Of a stretch of DNA of 64,000 bases, positions 1 to 9,829 are shown one piece after another (the stretch's first letter is position 1; each line of letters starts with the position of its first letter). A program made the translations under genes and the position numbers. The stretch is from the IMG/VR virus record IMGVR_UViG_3300037725_000018, positions 62,001 to 126,000 of that record; one strand, 5' to 3'. The notes beneath the pieces are model-generated. The model was not told where the DNA came from. It made no database searches and was given only the letters and a program-made list of their open reading frames with translations.

Positions 1-3000
1 ACGTTTATGTCTGTTTCTTTTTGAAGGTCTTCTTTTTCAATGCCTGTGTTCTTTGCCCGATATCTTTCTAAAAAGTGTGGTTCGAGAAGTGAGCCGTATG
101 TTAAGCTGCTTCTAGCGGGAATGATGTTTTGAAGCTGCTTAAAGAACGCTCGGTTAAACTGGTCAATGTAACGAAAATACGTGTTCCAGTCAATATCGTC
201 CGGGTACTTCTCCCAATATTTTTTGTTTAGAGATTCAAGTTCTTTGTATCTTTCGCGCCGAAGATTTTCCGGGTCTGCAAGAAGATCGTTTAGATCGTCG
301 TATCCAACCAAAGCGTTTATGTCTCTGTTGACCGCTTCATTTGGAGAGAAGTAGACTCCAATCTTGTTGCTGTCCTTTCTGTTTAGGTCAAACTCTCCAC
401 GCTCTCTTTTCTCTGTTGGGCTAAGAGATCCAAGAAGGTTAGACTCTTCGATTCGAACCTTCGTTGAAGAGTTTGATAGGCTCCCAATCTTTAAAGGCGT
501 TACGTAGTTTAACCTGTTGTAGTTAACGAAGTCTTCACTTATGTCAATGTAGCCGTTTTCGGTGATTGTTCCAAGGTACGGGTTCGTTTGATTTGGGCTT
601 TCATTTTGAAGATCGTTTTCAGAAAAGTCTAAGTTCACGTAAAGAAAGCGGTTTAAACCAACGCTAAGGTCTTTTCTTTCCGGCCCAAGAATAGACTCTT
701 TGTTATCGTAGTCGTACTTGTATGGGGCCAACACGTGCTCTTTGAACTTCGATTCGTTCAACTGCCGCCTCCATATCTTCACGTTATCTACCTCTCCACG
801 GAAAGACTCTCCAACAAAAAGCACGTCTCCGGAAGAAAGGTCAAAACTTGGGTCAAACGTAAAGTCTTCGAAGTACCAAGTTACGCCCTCGGAAGCTGTT
901 TTCGGGTCGTCAAACTCGTATGGCCCAAGTTCCCCAACCTTTCCAAGTCTTAAAGAAATAAAGTCTTCATCCGGGTTGTAATTAACGTTTAGAGAGTTGA
1001 AGTTTCCATCAAAAATGGGAACCTTGTCTACCCCTGTCCCCACAGAAAGAGTATCCCCACCAATGTTCATCTCGACGTAGCCAAACTCTTCTTTAACAGC
1101 CGGGGATGAAAACTTCTTTAAGTCTACGGTAAGAACGTCTCCACCTCCAGATTCAAGACGCAAAATTCGAAGATCCGAAGACCCTTTGTACTCTGTCCGG
1201 AAGCGAGCCTCGATGCTTTGAACTTTGTCGTCGGGGAACGTCCAATCGATTTCTACGTTTTGACTCCCCATAAATTCCAAAGCCGAAGTTTCGTCTTCGT
1301 ACTCGAAAAACCCCGGATCTGCCTCGGAACTTCCACCCCCATACTCTCGGATTGTAAGGCCGATCTTTGGAACCCCATACATCGAAAGAAGAGCTTGAAC
1401 AGACCTCCGTGTTCCCTTTGTTTTTCCAATGTACGGAACGTTATTTAGAACGCGCCTCCAAATTTGTTTTTGAACGTCTTCTGCCTCGTTTTCTCCACCA
1501 AGAAGAACTTTTTGAAGGTCTTGTTCGCTAAATCCGTTGTAAACTTCAAACCCGAAGCTGTTTGTGATAAACTGCGTCAAGTCTTTAGAAAGACTTTCTA
1601 CTTCATCTATGTCTTCGGAACGGTCTTTGATGTACTGGACATGTTTGATGTATGTGTAGATAATATCAAAGTAGTGGCCGATCATTGAAATGAAAAGCTC
1701 AAAGTTTTCATTTCTCTGGTCGGTCTTGATGTACTCCGGAAGGTTTGTTTGAAGGCTTGAATCGTTATTTCTGTCGTATAGGTCAGCCTCTTTTTTATAC
1801 TCTTCAAGGAAGTTTTGAACGGCTGTGTCACTTGTTGGAAGAAGGTCCCCATTTCCATCCCGGATCTCTTCAGACTCGAAAAGAAACGTTTCAAATCCGT
1901 CTAAGCCTTCAATAAGTGTTGATTTTCGGTCTTGAAGCCGTTGAAGTTTGTTTTGCTCGATAGGGTTGCTTGGGTTGGCTACAGACCCGGAAAAAACCAA
2001 AATTTCATCTATGTCTTGGTTGATGCTTTCGATAAGTCCAAGCTTGTACTCGAAATTTAAGACCCGTTCTTTCGCGCTTGAAAACTTTACGAAGTTTTCA
2101 AATTCAGAATAATCTACATTTAGGTCAACCGAATCTTCATTTTCAAAGATTTGCTCGATGGTTTCTCCACTTGTTTCTTCTTGGCTGTCAAGAAGCGATT
2201 CCCACGTTTGAACGCCTGTGTCTCTTAGGTCTGTCCCGTCTACATCCACAGAAAAGTCCGGTCCCCGAAGAACGGTTTTCGGCTCTTCTTCTCTTTTTTG
2301 CACAAAACGCACGCGATCTATGTACGCCGGGAAGACTTCTTCGTTTACCCAACACTCGCCTCCAGCTTCCACGTCTGGTGGAATTGTTTCATACGTCTTC
2401 AAAACAACAGAGTTTGGGTACTCTGGAAACGTTTGCCGATCAATCGTCCAGTTTACGACATGGAAAGCCGTGTCGTTTCCAAAATTAAGCACATAGCGGA
2501 ATTCTTTTCCGCTTGCGGGTTGGTTAAAGAAAGAGACGAAAGTTTCTTGAAACGGAATATCATACGCCTCAGAGCCAATAAGTTTCGGGCGAACCCGAAT
2601 CTCTTGCCTTGTTTGTGATATCTCGTCAACAACAAGTTTCATTCCAACCTCTGACCCCAAATTTTTGCGAAGAAGCTGCCTCCTTCTCGGTCCCCGGATG
2701 TTCGAGAAGTCTTGGGGAAGGCTCGGATAAAAGACCTTTCTTAGAAACTCATACTTCAAAATATAGCTTGTTTCATTGAGAAGATCAAGACCGTCTAAAT
2801 GCCTGTACGTCGGAAGAAGAAGTTTTCCTTCTTCGTCAATCTTAAACGAGTCTGTGTTTTTCCAGTCTACAAGTTGTCTGTCTTGGTTAAACACAGAAAT
2901 TTCAAGAAAGTCAGACGTTGTATCCCCGAAAAACGCAGTTTCTTTCCCGCGCCCGAACTTTTTTAAGTCCCGTTGAGATACAATTCTCCCTTTAAACGGT

Positions 3001-3050
3001 TCAAATGGGTTTTGATCTACCTGCGAAATGTTTTCTATATTTTGAAGCAT
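1..3050 (-). CDS. Large virion structural protein (baseplate/tail-associated), partial, over 1000 aa, runs off the window start
   Basis: ATG at 3050 (MLQNIENISQVDQNPFEPF). The same frame reads NVDYSEFENFVKFSSAKERVLNFEYKL near 2100 and FFKQLQNIIPARSSLTYGSLLEPHFLER near 100. It is absent from the ORF track, consistent with no stop inside the window, and sits in the baseplate cluster. Confidence 0.75.
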   Translation of the reverse strand, partial: MLQNIENISQVDQNPFEPFKGRIVSQRDLKKFGRGKETAFFGDTTSDFLEISVFNQDRQLVDWKNTDSFKIDEEGKLLLPTYRHLDGLDLLNETSYILKYEFLRKVFYPSLPQDFSNIRGPRRRQLLRKNLGSEVGMKLVVDEISQTRQEIRVRPKLIGSEAYDIPFQETFVSFFNQPASGKEFRYVLNFGNDTAFHVVNWTIDRQTFPEYPNSVVLKTYETIPPDVEAGGECWVNEEVFPAYIDRVRFVQKREEEPKTVLRGPDFSVDVDGTDLRDTGVQTWESLLDSQEETSGETIEQIFENEDSVDLNVDYSEFENFVKFSSAKERVLNFEYKLGLIESINQDIDEILVFSGSVANPSNPIEQNKLQRLQDRKSTLIEGLDGFETFLFESEEIRDGNGDLLPTSDTAVQNFLEEYKKEADLYDRNNDSSLQTNLPEYIKTDQRNENFELFISMIGHYFDIIYTYIKHVQYIKDRSEDIDEVESLSKDLTQFITNSFGFEVYNGFSEQDLQKVLLGGENEAEDVQKQIWRRVLNNVPYIGKTKGTRRSVQALLSMYGVPKIGLTIREYGGGSSEADPGFFEYEDETSALEFMGSQNVEIDWTFPDDKVQSIEARFRTEYKGSSDLRILRLESGGGDVLTVDLKKFSSPAVKEEFGYVEMNIGGDTLSVGTGVDKVPIFDGNFNSLNVNYNPDEDFISLRLGKVGELGPYEFDDPKTASEGVTWYFEDFTFDPSFDLSSGDVLFVGESFRGEVDNVKIWRRQLNESKFKEHVLAPYKYDYDNKESILGPERKDLSVGLNRFLYVNLDFSENDLQNESPNQTNPYLGTITENGYIDISEDFVNYNRLNYVTPLKIGSLSNSSTKVRIEESNLLGSLSPTEKRERGEFDLNRKDSNKIGVYFSPNEAVNRDINALVGYDDLNDLLADPENLRRERYKELESLNKKYWEKYPDDIDWNTYFRYIDQFNRAFFKQLQNIIPARSSLTYGSLLEPHFLERYRAKNTGIEKEDLQKETDIN

Positions 3051-3053
3051 CTG

Positions 3054-3308
3054 TTAAGAAATTTCTCGCGTCTGAATTTCTTCGTTAGACTCTTCGGAAA
3101 GCTCGGTAATTTCGGTGTTAACGGTTTTTCGAAGTTCTTCGTAATCATATGTTTGGCGAAGAAGGTCTACTTGAAGTCTTTCGCTTGGGGCTTGCTCTCC
3201 GTCATACTTGATCTCCCCCTTTGGATTACGCTCGTATTCCGATATTGGAGTGTTTTCGGTTTGAATAATTACGTCTTCAAGCCGGGGATCATCTGTTGGA
3301 ACTGCCAT
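3054..3308 (-). CDS. Hypothetical acidic protein in structural operon
   Basis: 84-aa ORF tightly packed between co-oriented genes. Confidence 0.7.
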   Translation of the reverse strand: MAVPTDDPRLEDVIIQTENTPISEYERNPKGEIKYDGEQAPSERLQVDLLRQTYDYEELRKTVNTEITELSEESNEEIQTREIS

Positions 3309-3699
3309 CGATTGTTACCGTTGTTGTTTTGTCTTCTTGCTCAATTTTTGGACCGTTAAAAACTCTGTTAAAATACCGTTTATAAATCCGATTTCTTCTA
3401 GGTTCTGCCCGGTACTTCACGCCTCTCATGCCTGAACTTTGAAGGAAGTCCCGAATGATTTTCATATTTGTGCGAATGATCTTCATCGGGTTCCCTTCAC
3501 CTGTAAGGTCGTTAAAGCCCCCTTCTTCGGTTTTGAAGCTCCAGTCTACGTATCCCCCGCCTACGTCTTTAAATATCGTTTCATAGCTATTCTCGCCGCT
3601 CTCAAAGCCGAACACAATCGGCCACCTTGCCCGAACTTTACTGTATGGGTAGGTGTCTTTTAAAGCGGCTTCAGCTAGAAGGTCGTTGAAGCGTATCAT
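3289..3699 (-). CDS. Hypothetical protein, MIxFxDLLxE paralogue family (candidate internal head protein)
   Basis: N-terminus MIRFNDLLAE; shares LT(G/N)EG and RxxxY motifs with 9359-9829 and 9826-10329. Confidence 0.7.
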   Translation of the reverse strand: MIRFNDLLAEAALKDTYPYSKVRARWPIVFGFESGENSYETIFKDVGGGYVDWSFKTEEGGFNDLTGEGNPMKIIRTNMKIIRDFLQSSGMRGVKYRAEPRRNRIYKRYFNRVFNGPKIEQEDKTTTVTIDGSSNR

Positions 3700-4715
3700 C
3701 GTGAAGAGACTTTGAATCTATTTGTGTTAGGGCTAAAGTCTACCGTTCGCCCATCGATGTGTTCAAACTGAAACTCGATAGAATAAAACCGCTCGGGCTG
3801 TACGTTTTTTAAGTCCACGTCAAAAAAGTACCCGTCTTCACCGAAGCTACATTTTGACTGCTCGCTAAACGGAATAACCCTTCTTCCATTTCGAAGGTCT
3901 TTGATCTGGTATTTTAAGTCCCCGTTTTCGATTCTTACCGGATCTTTGTCTCTTTGAAATTCTTCGACAAATTGCTGCTTGATATACTTTTCTTTAACAC
4001 TTAAACGAAACCTTTTAATTCCGTTTGGTCGATAGGTTCCCTCAATGTTTTTGATTTGGATCGTGGGGTTTGAGCCAATTCCAATAGACGTGCCTACCGA
4101 CGTGTCAATAAACGAGTCGTCATACTTTACGACAAGCTCTGGCACGTAAATTGTGTGCGTCTTATTGCCGAAGTATTTTAGCTCGTAATCAGTTTCATCA
4201 AACTCCGGGTCAGACTTTAAAAGAAACCCGTGGTTTTCAATGACATTTTCGATCCAAGCCATTACAATTGTTGTAACATCTAAAACAACATCTGTGTCTT
4301 GAAATTCGTCAAACGTTTTGAAATTGCCAAATGAAGAAATGAAGTCTCCACCGGGAGAGTCCCAATCCTCCGGGCCTCTACTTTCCCAAGAGACGCCTTC
4401 GGTCGTTTGAGGCTCGTTAAACTTCCGTCCTCTTCCGCGCTCGAAGTCTTTTTCTAACGGATGCACGTCAATATCGTATTCTGCGGGAACGTTTGACGCT
4501 TCCACGGTGTAAAGACGTAAGTCGGCCTCGAACATTTGCCCGGAAATTCCGCTTCCAATATAATTTTCAACACGCTCTAAGTCAAACTTCGATACGATTC
4601 GGCGCTCGAATCCATTTTCTCTTCCAAGCTCTAAAACCTCGTTGACCCCCACGTTTTGCGTTGGCCTGTCTTCATAGAGGGTCGAGTCTTTAAGTGGATT
4701 TAAAAAATGATACAT
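3696..4715 (-). CDS. DNRLRE/CBM96-like domain structural protein
   Basis: KDSTLYE..N.G..E.LE, W...GGDF, DVT..V.AW....NHGFLLK and P.LVV motifs. Confidence 0.6.
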   Translation of the reverse strand: MYHFLNPLKDSTLYEDRPTQNVGVNEVLELGRENGFERRIVSKFDLERVENYIGSGISGQMFEADLRLYTVEASNVPAEYDIDVHPLEKDFERGRGRKFNEPQTTEGVSWESRGPEDWDSPGGDFISSFGNFKTFDEFQDTDVVLDVTTIVMAWIENVIENHGFLLKSDPEFDETDYELKYFGNKTHTIYVPELVVKYDDSFIDTSVGTSIGIGSNPTIQIKNIEGTYRPNGIKRFRLSVKEKYIKQQFVEEFQRDKDPVRIENGDLKYQIKDLRNGRRVIPFSEQSKCSFGEDGYFFDVDLKNVQPERFYSIEFQFEHIDGRTVDFSPNTNRFKVSSR

Positions 4716-4727
4716 ACAGCTTTTTCT

Positions 4728-5111
4728 TTATTCGTCTTCAACTTCGTGCCACTGGTTGCACCATCCTTCCGGCTTTACTTTGCCGCGAATTTGCGAGCAA
4801 ATGTGGTCTCCAGTCGCAACTTCTTTATATAGATATTCACAGTTTAAACACTTCTGTTCTCCGCTGGCTTCGTCTACGTATTGAGAATCTTCTTTCGACA
4901 TTTTATAGGGTGGAGTTCCAGACCCCAACAACCAATAAAGAAGAATGTTTGTGCTTCTTTCATCCGGGTCCATGTTTTTGAACCGCTCTATGGCCTGCTT
5001 TACTTCTTCGGGGGCGTTTTTCCCGGCGTCTGGATACTCGTATTCTTCGGACAGAAGCTTTTTTACCTCTTCCTCAACAACTGAACGAAGTTTCTTTTTT
5101 GAAAGATACAT
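4728..5111 (-). CDS. HiPIP-like high-potential iron-sulfur protein domain with N-terminal extension
   Basis: C-terminal YVDEASGEQKCLNC...HICSQIRGKVKPEGWCNQW matches the HiPIP Cys pattern CxxC..C..GWC. Confidence 0.7.
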   Translation of the reverse strand: MYLSKKKLRSVVEEEVKKLLSEEYEYPDAGKNAPEEVKQAIERFKNMDPDERSTNILLYWLLGSGTPPYKMSKEDSQYVDEASGEQKCLNCEYLYKEVATGDHICSQIRGKVKPEGWCNQWHEVEDE

Positions 5112-5132
5112 GGTGTGGTTTTTGTATTTGTG

Positions 5133-7013
5133 TTATTTAGCACTTCCCTTTATATCTCGATCCGGAAACTTGATTTCGAAAACTGAAGGATCTAAAGAGG
5201 GATAAATGATATTGTCTTTTGTTGCCGATTCAATGTCGTATATATTGTCTGAGTAGTCGTCTCCAGTCTTGTTTGTAATTTCAAACCTCGAAACGTTTTG
5301 AACTCCGTCAATTTCGTTAAGCTCCCGGATCACTTGGCCGATAATGATCGGCTCTGCAAACCCTTGATTGTCTATGTCAAACAGGTCTCGAAGCTTCGCT
5401 AAACAACGGGCAAGAACTTGGTTTTTGTTATACGTAGAAAAAACCAAAACCTCAAAATTTATGCCAATATTGACCACGAACCCGTCTTTGATGTTCACCG
5501 CGTCTGTAAGCATCCGGAACTGCCGAAGGTAATTTTTCAAGTTCTGTTTGGTTGCGTCGTTTACAGGAGTAAGTTTTTTGTTATCGTCGTATCCTAAGAC
5601 GTAAAGGTTAATTGCAAGCGGGTTTTCCTCTGTTCGGTTTGTAGATCCGGTTTGAACTTCGTCGTTTGTCACATACGCCTTTGCCACCGAACCGTACCTG
5701 CTTGGCATGTTTAGGCTTCGAACCACGTAGTCTTCTTTTGTCACCGCCCGGTCTTGTGCAGAGAAAAAAGCCCGTGCGTTATTTTTGATTTCTTGAACGG
5801 ACTCCGGACCTCTACCTCCTGTTGCCGGAATCGGGTTTTGAACACTTAGGCTGTCTTGAACGTCTTGGACTTGCTGCTGTTTTGTTGAAGACAGAGCTTC
5901 AAAGTCTTGAACGTCAAAATCCACTTGGTCAACAACCGTCAAATCGCTTTTAGGAACGTTAGAGGACGCTCCACCTCCAGACGAATACTGGACCGTAAGC
6001 GTTGTGTTGTAAGGAACTTGTCCGTATGTATTCGTTTGAAGAAAGTTTGACGGGTCAAGCGGTTCTTCAAGCTGCTGTTCGGGAGTAAGAACCGGGTTTC
6101 CGATGTTTTGTGGGTTTGGAACGATTTCTTCGTTTGGTTTGTCCGAAGCTCCGGAGCCAAACTGAAGAAACACGTCTCCGCTTCTGTCTACTCTTTGGAT
6201 GAATCTTCTTGGGGTTCTTTCAAGTTTCAAAAGAGAACGAACGTCAACGTCGTCTGTGAAGTTCGGGTCAGTAACGTTTGTGTTCTTAAACTCTTGAAAC
6301 GTTGTTTCTTGTGCTAGATACGGCACTTCAAACCAACGGTTTCCATCCGAATCGGTCACTTCAAGAATGTCAATGAAATCGTCGTCTCGAATGAAAATCT
6401 TTTGATACGGCTCTGGAGAACCAAAATCAAATGTTCGCGTCCGAATTTCACCTGCAACAGCCGGAACCGTTTTTGAAAGCAAGTATTGAGTCGGTTCCCC
6501 GGAAATGTCCCGATTGAAAATTTCAACGTTCAAAGGGTCGTCAAACCGATCAATGGTAAAGTCTACTTCTCTTGTTGTCCGAAACGTAACGTCAGGGTTG
6601 CTTGAACTTGTAACGGTCATTCCCTGCTCGATTGTAGGAACCACCGAAAAGTCCGGTTCAAGTTCTCCGGTTTGGCTGTTGTTTCGAACGGGTGCGACAA
6701 CAAAAACTTCAATCTCTGTTTGTGCGGGTCTGTTTTGTTTGGGAGTATACCCAAGGACTTGCGCTAAGTCCCGGACGTTCTCTTCTTCTTCAGCGTATTG
6801 AATTAAGTTCTCTCTAAACTGCTGGTCTGTGTAGTAGGAAAGAACGTCACCAACATAAGATGAAAGCTCGATAAAGACATTTCCGATGCTTTCTTCGGAG
6901 AAGTCTTGATACGTCTCCGGGAAGTACGTCTTCGTAAATTCGATTAAACCGTCTTTGATTGAATCAAAGTCGCGGTTGAGATATCGAATGTCTTTTGAAT
7001 TTTCGTTGGGCAT
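5133..7013 (-). CDS. Baseplate wedge subunit (T4 gp6 / baseplate J-like)
   Basis: YLNRDFDSIK..L, DFSE.S.G..FIEL.SYVGDVLSYY, FGSG, GG.GPES..EIK.NA and QDRAVTKEDY motifs. Confidence 0.9.
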   Translation of the reverse strand: MPNENSKDIRYLNRDFDSIKDGLIEFTKTYFPETYQDFSEESIGNVFIELSSYVGDVLSYYTDQQFRENLIQYAEEEENVRDLAQVLGYTPKQNRPAQTEIEVFVVAPVRNNSQTGELEPDFSVVPTIEQGMTVTSSSNPDVTFRTTREVDFTIDRFDDPLNVEIFNRDISGEPTQYLLSKTVPAVAGEIRTRTFDFGSPEPYQKIFIRDDDFIDILEVTDSDGNRWFEVPYLAQETTFQEFKNTNVTDPNFTDDVDVRSLLKLERTPRRFIQRVDRSGDVFLQFGSGASDKPNEEIVPNPQNIGNPVLTPEQQLEEPLDPSNFLQTNTYGQVPYNTTLTVQYSSGGGASSNVPKSDLTVVDQVDFDVQDFEALSSTKQQQVQDVQDSLSVQNPIPATGGRGPESVQEIKNNARAFFSAQDRAVTKEDYVVRSLNMPSRYGSVAKAYVTNDEVQTGSTNRTEENPLAINLYVLGYDDNKKLTPVNDATKQNLKNYLRQFRMLTDAVNIKDGFVVNIGINFEVLVFSTYNKNQVLARCLAKLRDLFDIDNQGFAEPIIIGQVIRELNEIDGVQNVSRFEITNKTGDDYSDNIYDIESATKDNIIYPSLDPSVFEIKFPDRDIKGSAK

Positions 7014-7034
7014 TTTGTCTTTACCTTAGCAGAT

Positions 7035-7400
7035 TTACTCTTCTTCTAAAAATATTTGCATGAATTCAGATGTACCCGGCGTAAAGTCTGTCGTGAATTT
7101 TAGTTGAACCTCTACACCGTTTGTAACAAAATTGATTTGCAAGTTCTCAATTGTCAAATAGCTCATCCACCGCTCGGTTGCAGACCGAATTTCTTCTTCA
7201 ATCCGGTCGCGAGTCCTCTCGGTTTGATTCGAGTAGGTGAGCGTGTGAAGATTTGTTCCAAACTCCGGTTTCATAAGACGCTCTCCTTTCCGGGTAGAAA
7301 GAAGGTTAAACAGGTTGACACGGACCTGCTCTAGATCCGTGTCCGTCCTGTCAAAATATCCGTCTCGGCCTCTACGTAATGGATAATCCAGTCCAATCAT
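7035..7400 (-). CDS. Baseplate protein GPW/gp25 family
   Basis: NLLSTRKGERLMKPEFGTNL motif; adjacent to the gp6-like gene. Confidence 0.9.
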   Translation of the reverse strand: MIGLDYPLRRGRDGYFDRTDTDLEQVRVNLFNLLSTRKGERLMKPEFGTNLHTLTYSNQTERTRDRIEEEIRSATERWMSYLTIENLQINFVTNGVEVQLKFTTDFTPGTSEFMQIFLEEE

Positions 7401-7405
7401 TTATT

Positions 7406-8134
7406 TTATTGGCCGTTTTTATCTCTGTTAATTTCTGCCTTTTTCGCTTTCGAGCGTTTTGGTTGGCGCTGACGTTTTTTCTCTTCTGTAAGCCGTTGTT
7501 TGGCGTCTTCGGAAAGCGTTTGGTCGTCATTGAACATTCCCGGTTTCCAACTTTGGCTTACCTGTGAAGGGCTTGGGCCTTGTGCTCCACCTGCTCCAGC
7601 CGCTGGAGAGTGTCCTTTCTTGTTTTTCATTTTTTCATTTAGGTCTTTCCAACGATTTGTCAAGTTTTCATCAAGAGGAGCGGAGTGTTGGTTCATCGTC
7701 TCTTGAACTGGGTTTTGCCTGCCGCCACCTTGACGTTGCTGTTGCGGTTGGGCTTGCCCTTGACCCCCACCCCCAAAGTACTGCTGATCCATCATTTGTT
7801 TAAAACTTTGGCTTGGATCTTGCTGGGCGTTAATTTGCTGTTGGCCTTGATTTCCTTGCCTGTTGTGGGCGTTAAGCATCTGATCTGCCTGTTGACTTAC
7901 GCCACCACCTTGCTGCCCACCGCCTGCTTGACGTTGAGCATTTCTTCCGATTTCAGACTGTTTGCGGCGTTTCATGATGTTGTTGACCATTTCATCCCCG
8001 GATTGAGACGGGCCAGAGCCGTTCACCTCGTTTAAGACTTCACGAACAATCTGCTTTTTAAGCTGACCGCCCATTTTCTTAACTTCTTCTTTTACGATCT
8101 TGCGAATTACTCCTACTAGTTTTTTCTTGTTCAT
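7406..8134 (-). CDS. Gln/Gly-rich low-complexity hypothetical protein
   Basis: 242 aa; N-terminal KKLVGVIRKIVKEEVKK helix followed by Q/G-rich disorder. Confidence 0.7.
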   Translation of the reverse strand: MNKKKLVGVIRKIVKEEVKKMGGQLKKQIVREVLNEVNGSGPSQSGDEMVNNIMKRRKQSEIGRNAQRQAGGGQQGGGVSQQADQMLNAHNRQGNQGQQQINAQQDPSQSFKQMMDQQYFGGGGQGQAQPQQQRQGGGRQNPVQETMNQHSAPLDENLTNRWKDLNEKMKNKKGHSPAAGAGGAQGPSPSQVSQSWKPGMFNDDQTLSEDAKQRLTEEKKRQRQPKRSKAKKAEINRDKNGQ

Positions 8135-8193
8135 AATATTAATGTAAAGGTCTTATGAATATAGATAACTCTTGTGATTATATATAGAGGCTA

Positions 8194-8733
8194 TTATACA
8201 TATCCTGTCCACGGGTATGGGACCGGAACAGGTGCTCCGGTCGGTTGTGGGGTTAAGCTAATTGTCACTCCCGAAACAGTTTGAAAATGTGCCCGTATAG
8301 ACTGGATAAGTCCATCAATAAATATTTCTATTGATTCAGACTCTTGGGGAAGCGTATAGTTAAATGTTCCCGGAGACGTGACTTGATTGGACGTAACCTG
8401 AATGGAGGGGGGTGGAGGAACGGCAAACTCTAAAATAGCCCCGGTCCAATACGTAATCACCCCTGTTTGAAAAGCCGTTGAAATAGTTTGATATGCAGAC
8501 GCGGTTGTGTTTCCAAAGGCAGAGGAAAACGCTCCGGTAAGAGCGGTTTGAAGCCCTGCCGGGTTTGCTTGAACAACACCGTTTCCGTAAAGTTGATCTT
8601 GTCCACTTTTCACCAGAGAATCGTACCAACTTGTGATTTGGCGAGCCACTTGGGGAATCTGTGGGTCCGAATCAAGATTCCCTTCCAATATGTCCTTTAG
8701 GTCTTGCTCTTGAGACTGGAAATTTATTGGCAT
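8194..8733 (-). CDS. Hypothetical virion/baseplate-associated protein
   Basis: 179 aa, ends PVPYPWTGYV, structural cluster context. Confidence 0.6.
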   Translation of the reverse strand: MPINFQSQEQDLKDILEGNLDSDPQIPQVARQITSWYDSLVKSGQDQLYGNGVVQANPAGLQTALTGAFSSAFGNTTASAYQTISTAFQTGVITYWTGAILEFAVPPPPSIQVTSNQVTSPGTFNYTLPQESESIEIFIDGLIQSIRAHFQTVSGVTISLTPQPTGAPVPVPYPWTGYV

Positions 8734-9338
8734 ACGTTTTGATTGAAGTATTGAATCTCTTCTTCGTAGTGTCTTTTAATCATTTCTTCTGTCTCGGGGC
8801 TGTAAGTGACCGAACTTCTATTTCTTACGTTCTTGTTGTTGTGTGGAAAAGAATCTGTGTTAGAAATGCCCGTCGCCTCTTTTAAGACTCTTTCCAAGTT
8901 TTCAAATCCGTTCTTTCCGTGCCAAATTACATGGTCTACATCTTCACATTTCTCTCCCATATAATAGAAAAACCCGATGCGTCTAGGAATAAATTGCATA
9001 CTGTAATCTCCGCTCATGTTTTCGGTGTTATACGATAAATACCAATCCACATATTCTTTAAACGAATGGTCCTTTGCAAAATTGTAACACTTAGGGAACC
9101 ATTTTCTTCCGTTTCTTTTTTGGCAGTATTTATACCCGGAGTGAAGCCAGTCTACATGATTTCTTGCAATTGAAAACTTTGTGTAATCCCGGTATTTTTG
9201 CTCAACCTCTTTGACCGGGGCGTGTTTGTGTTTATATTTCTCTGTTCCTACGGATTGGTTTAGGAAATTCCGAAGCGAAGTTCCTCCGGTGTGTGGAACA
9301 TGAATAAAAATAAACTTTTTTTCATGGTTGATTCTCAT
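8724..9338 (-). CDS. Sulfotransferase family 2 protein
   Basis: FIFIHVPHTGGTS PAPS-binding motif, FSIARN..DWLHSGY, C-terminal Y.EEI.YF. Confidence 0.8.
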   Translation of the reverse strand: MRINHEKKFIFIHVPHTGGTSLRNFLNQSVGTEKYKHKHAPVKEVEQKYRDYTKFSIARNHVDWLHSGYKYCQKRNGRKWFPKCYNFAKDHSFKEYVDWYLSYNTENMSGDYSMQFIPRRIGFFYYMGEKCEDVDHVIWHGKNGFENLERVLKEATGISNTDSFPHNNKNVRNRSSVTYSPETEEMIKRHYEEEIQYFNQNVCQ

Positions 9339-9358
9339 TGTTTTCTTTTGTCTTGTGA

Positions 9359-9829
9359 TTATTTAATATCTACAAAAACCGTTCCGCTTTCTCTTCGAAC
9401 ATTTGCTTGCGGAAACTGTCTTCGAATAAATGCAAGATACAGTTTTTCCCGTTGCGTAACCGCATCTAGTGGGGTACTATGGTCTTTAGGAATCGGCATG
9501 AATTGAAACCCTTTTATCTCGAAGCCTTCTTTTTTCATGAAATCTAAAGCGTCTAAAGCTATTTTAATCGTAGTTGAAACCACCTTAAACTGCTTTCCTT
9601 CATTTGTGACCCCACCACCTTTTTTCGTCGTAAAATCAACTTCAAGGTATTTTGATATAGGAGATTTGTACACATTAGCTACATACGACCTATTTTCGGT
9701 TTTAAATCTGTATCGGAGGGCGATTTGCGTTCCATCGCGCATTTCCCGAATGTTTTCACTTACTCTTCGAAATTTATAGTAATCGGTCGTGTCTCCTATC
9801 TCTCTAAGCAAATCGTTGAATCTAATCAT
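9359..9829 (-). CDS. Hypothetical protein, MIxFxDLLxE paralogue
   Basis: MIRFNDLLREIGDT; VTNEG..FKVV.T; QRxKLY..FI..QFP.A. Confidence 0.75.
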   Translation of the reverse strand: MIRFNDLLREIGDTTDYYKFRRVSENIREMRDGTQIALRYRFKTENRSYVANVYKSPISKYLEVDFTTKKGGGVTNEGKQFKVVSTTIKIALDALDFMKKEGFEIKGFQFMPIPKDHSTPLDAVTQREKLYLAFIRRQFPQANVRRESGTVFVDIK

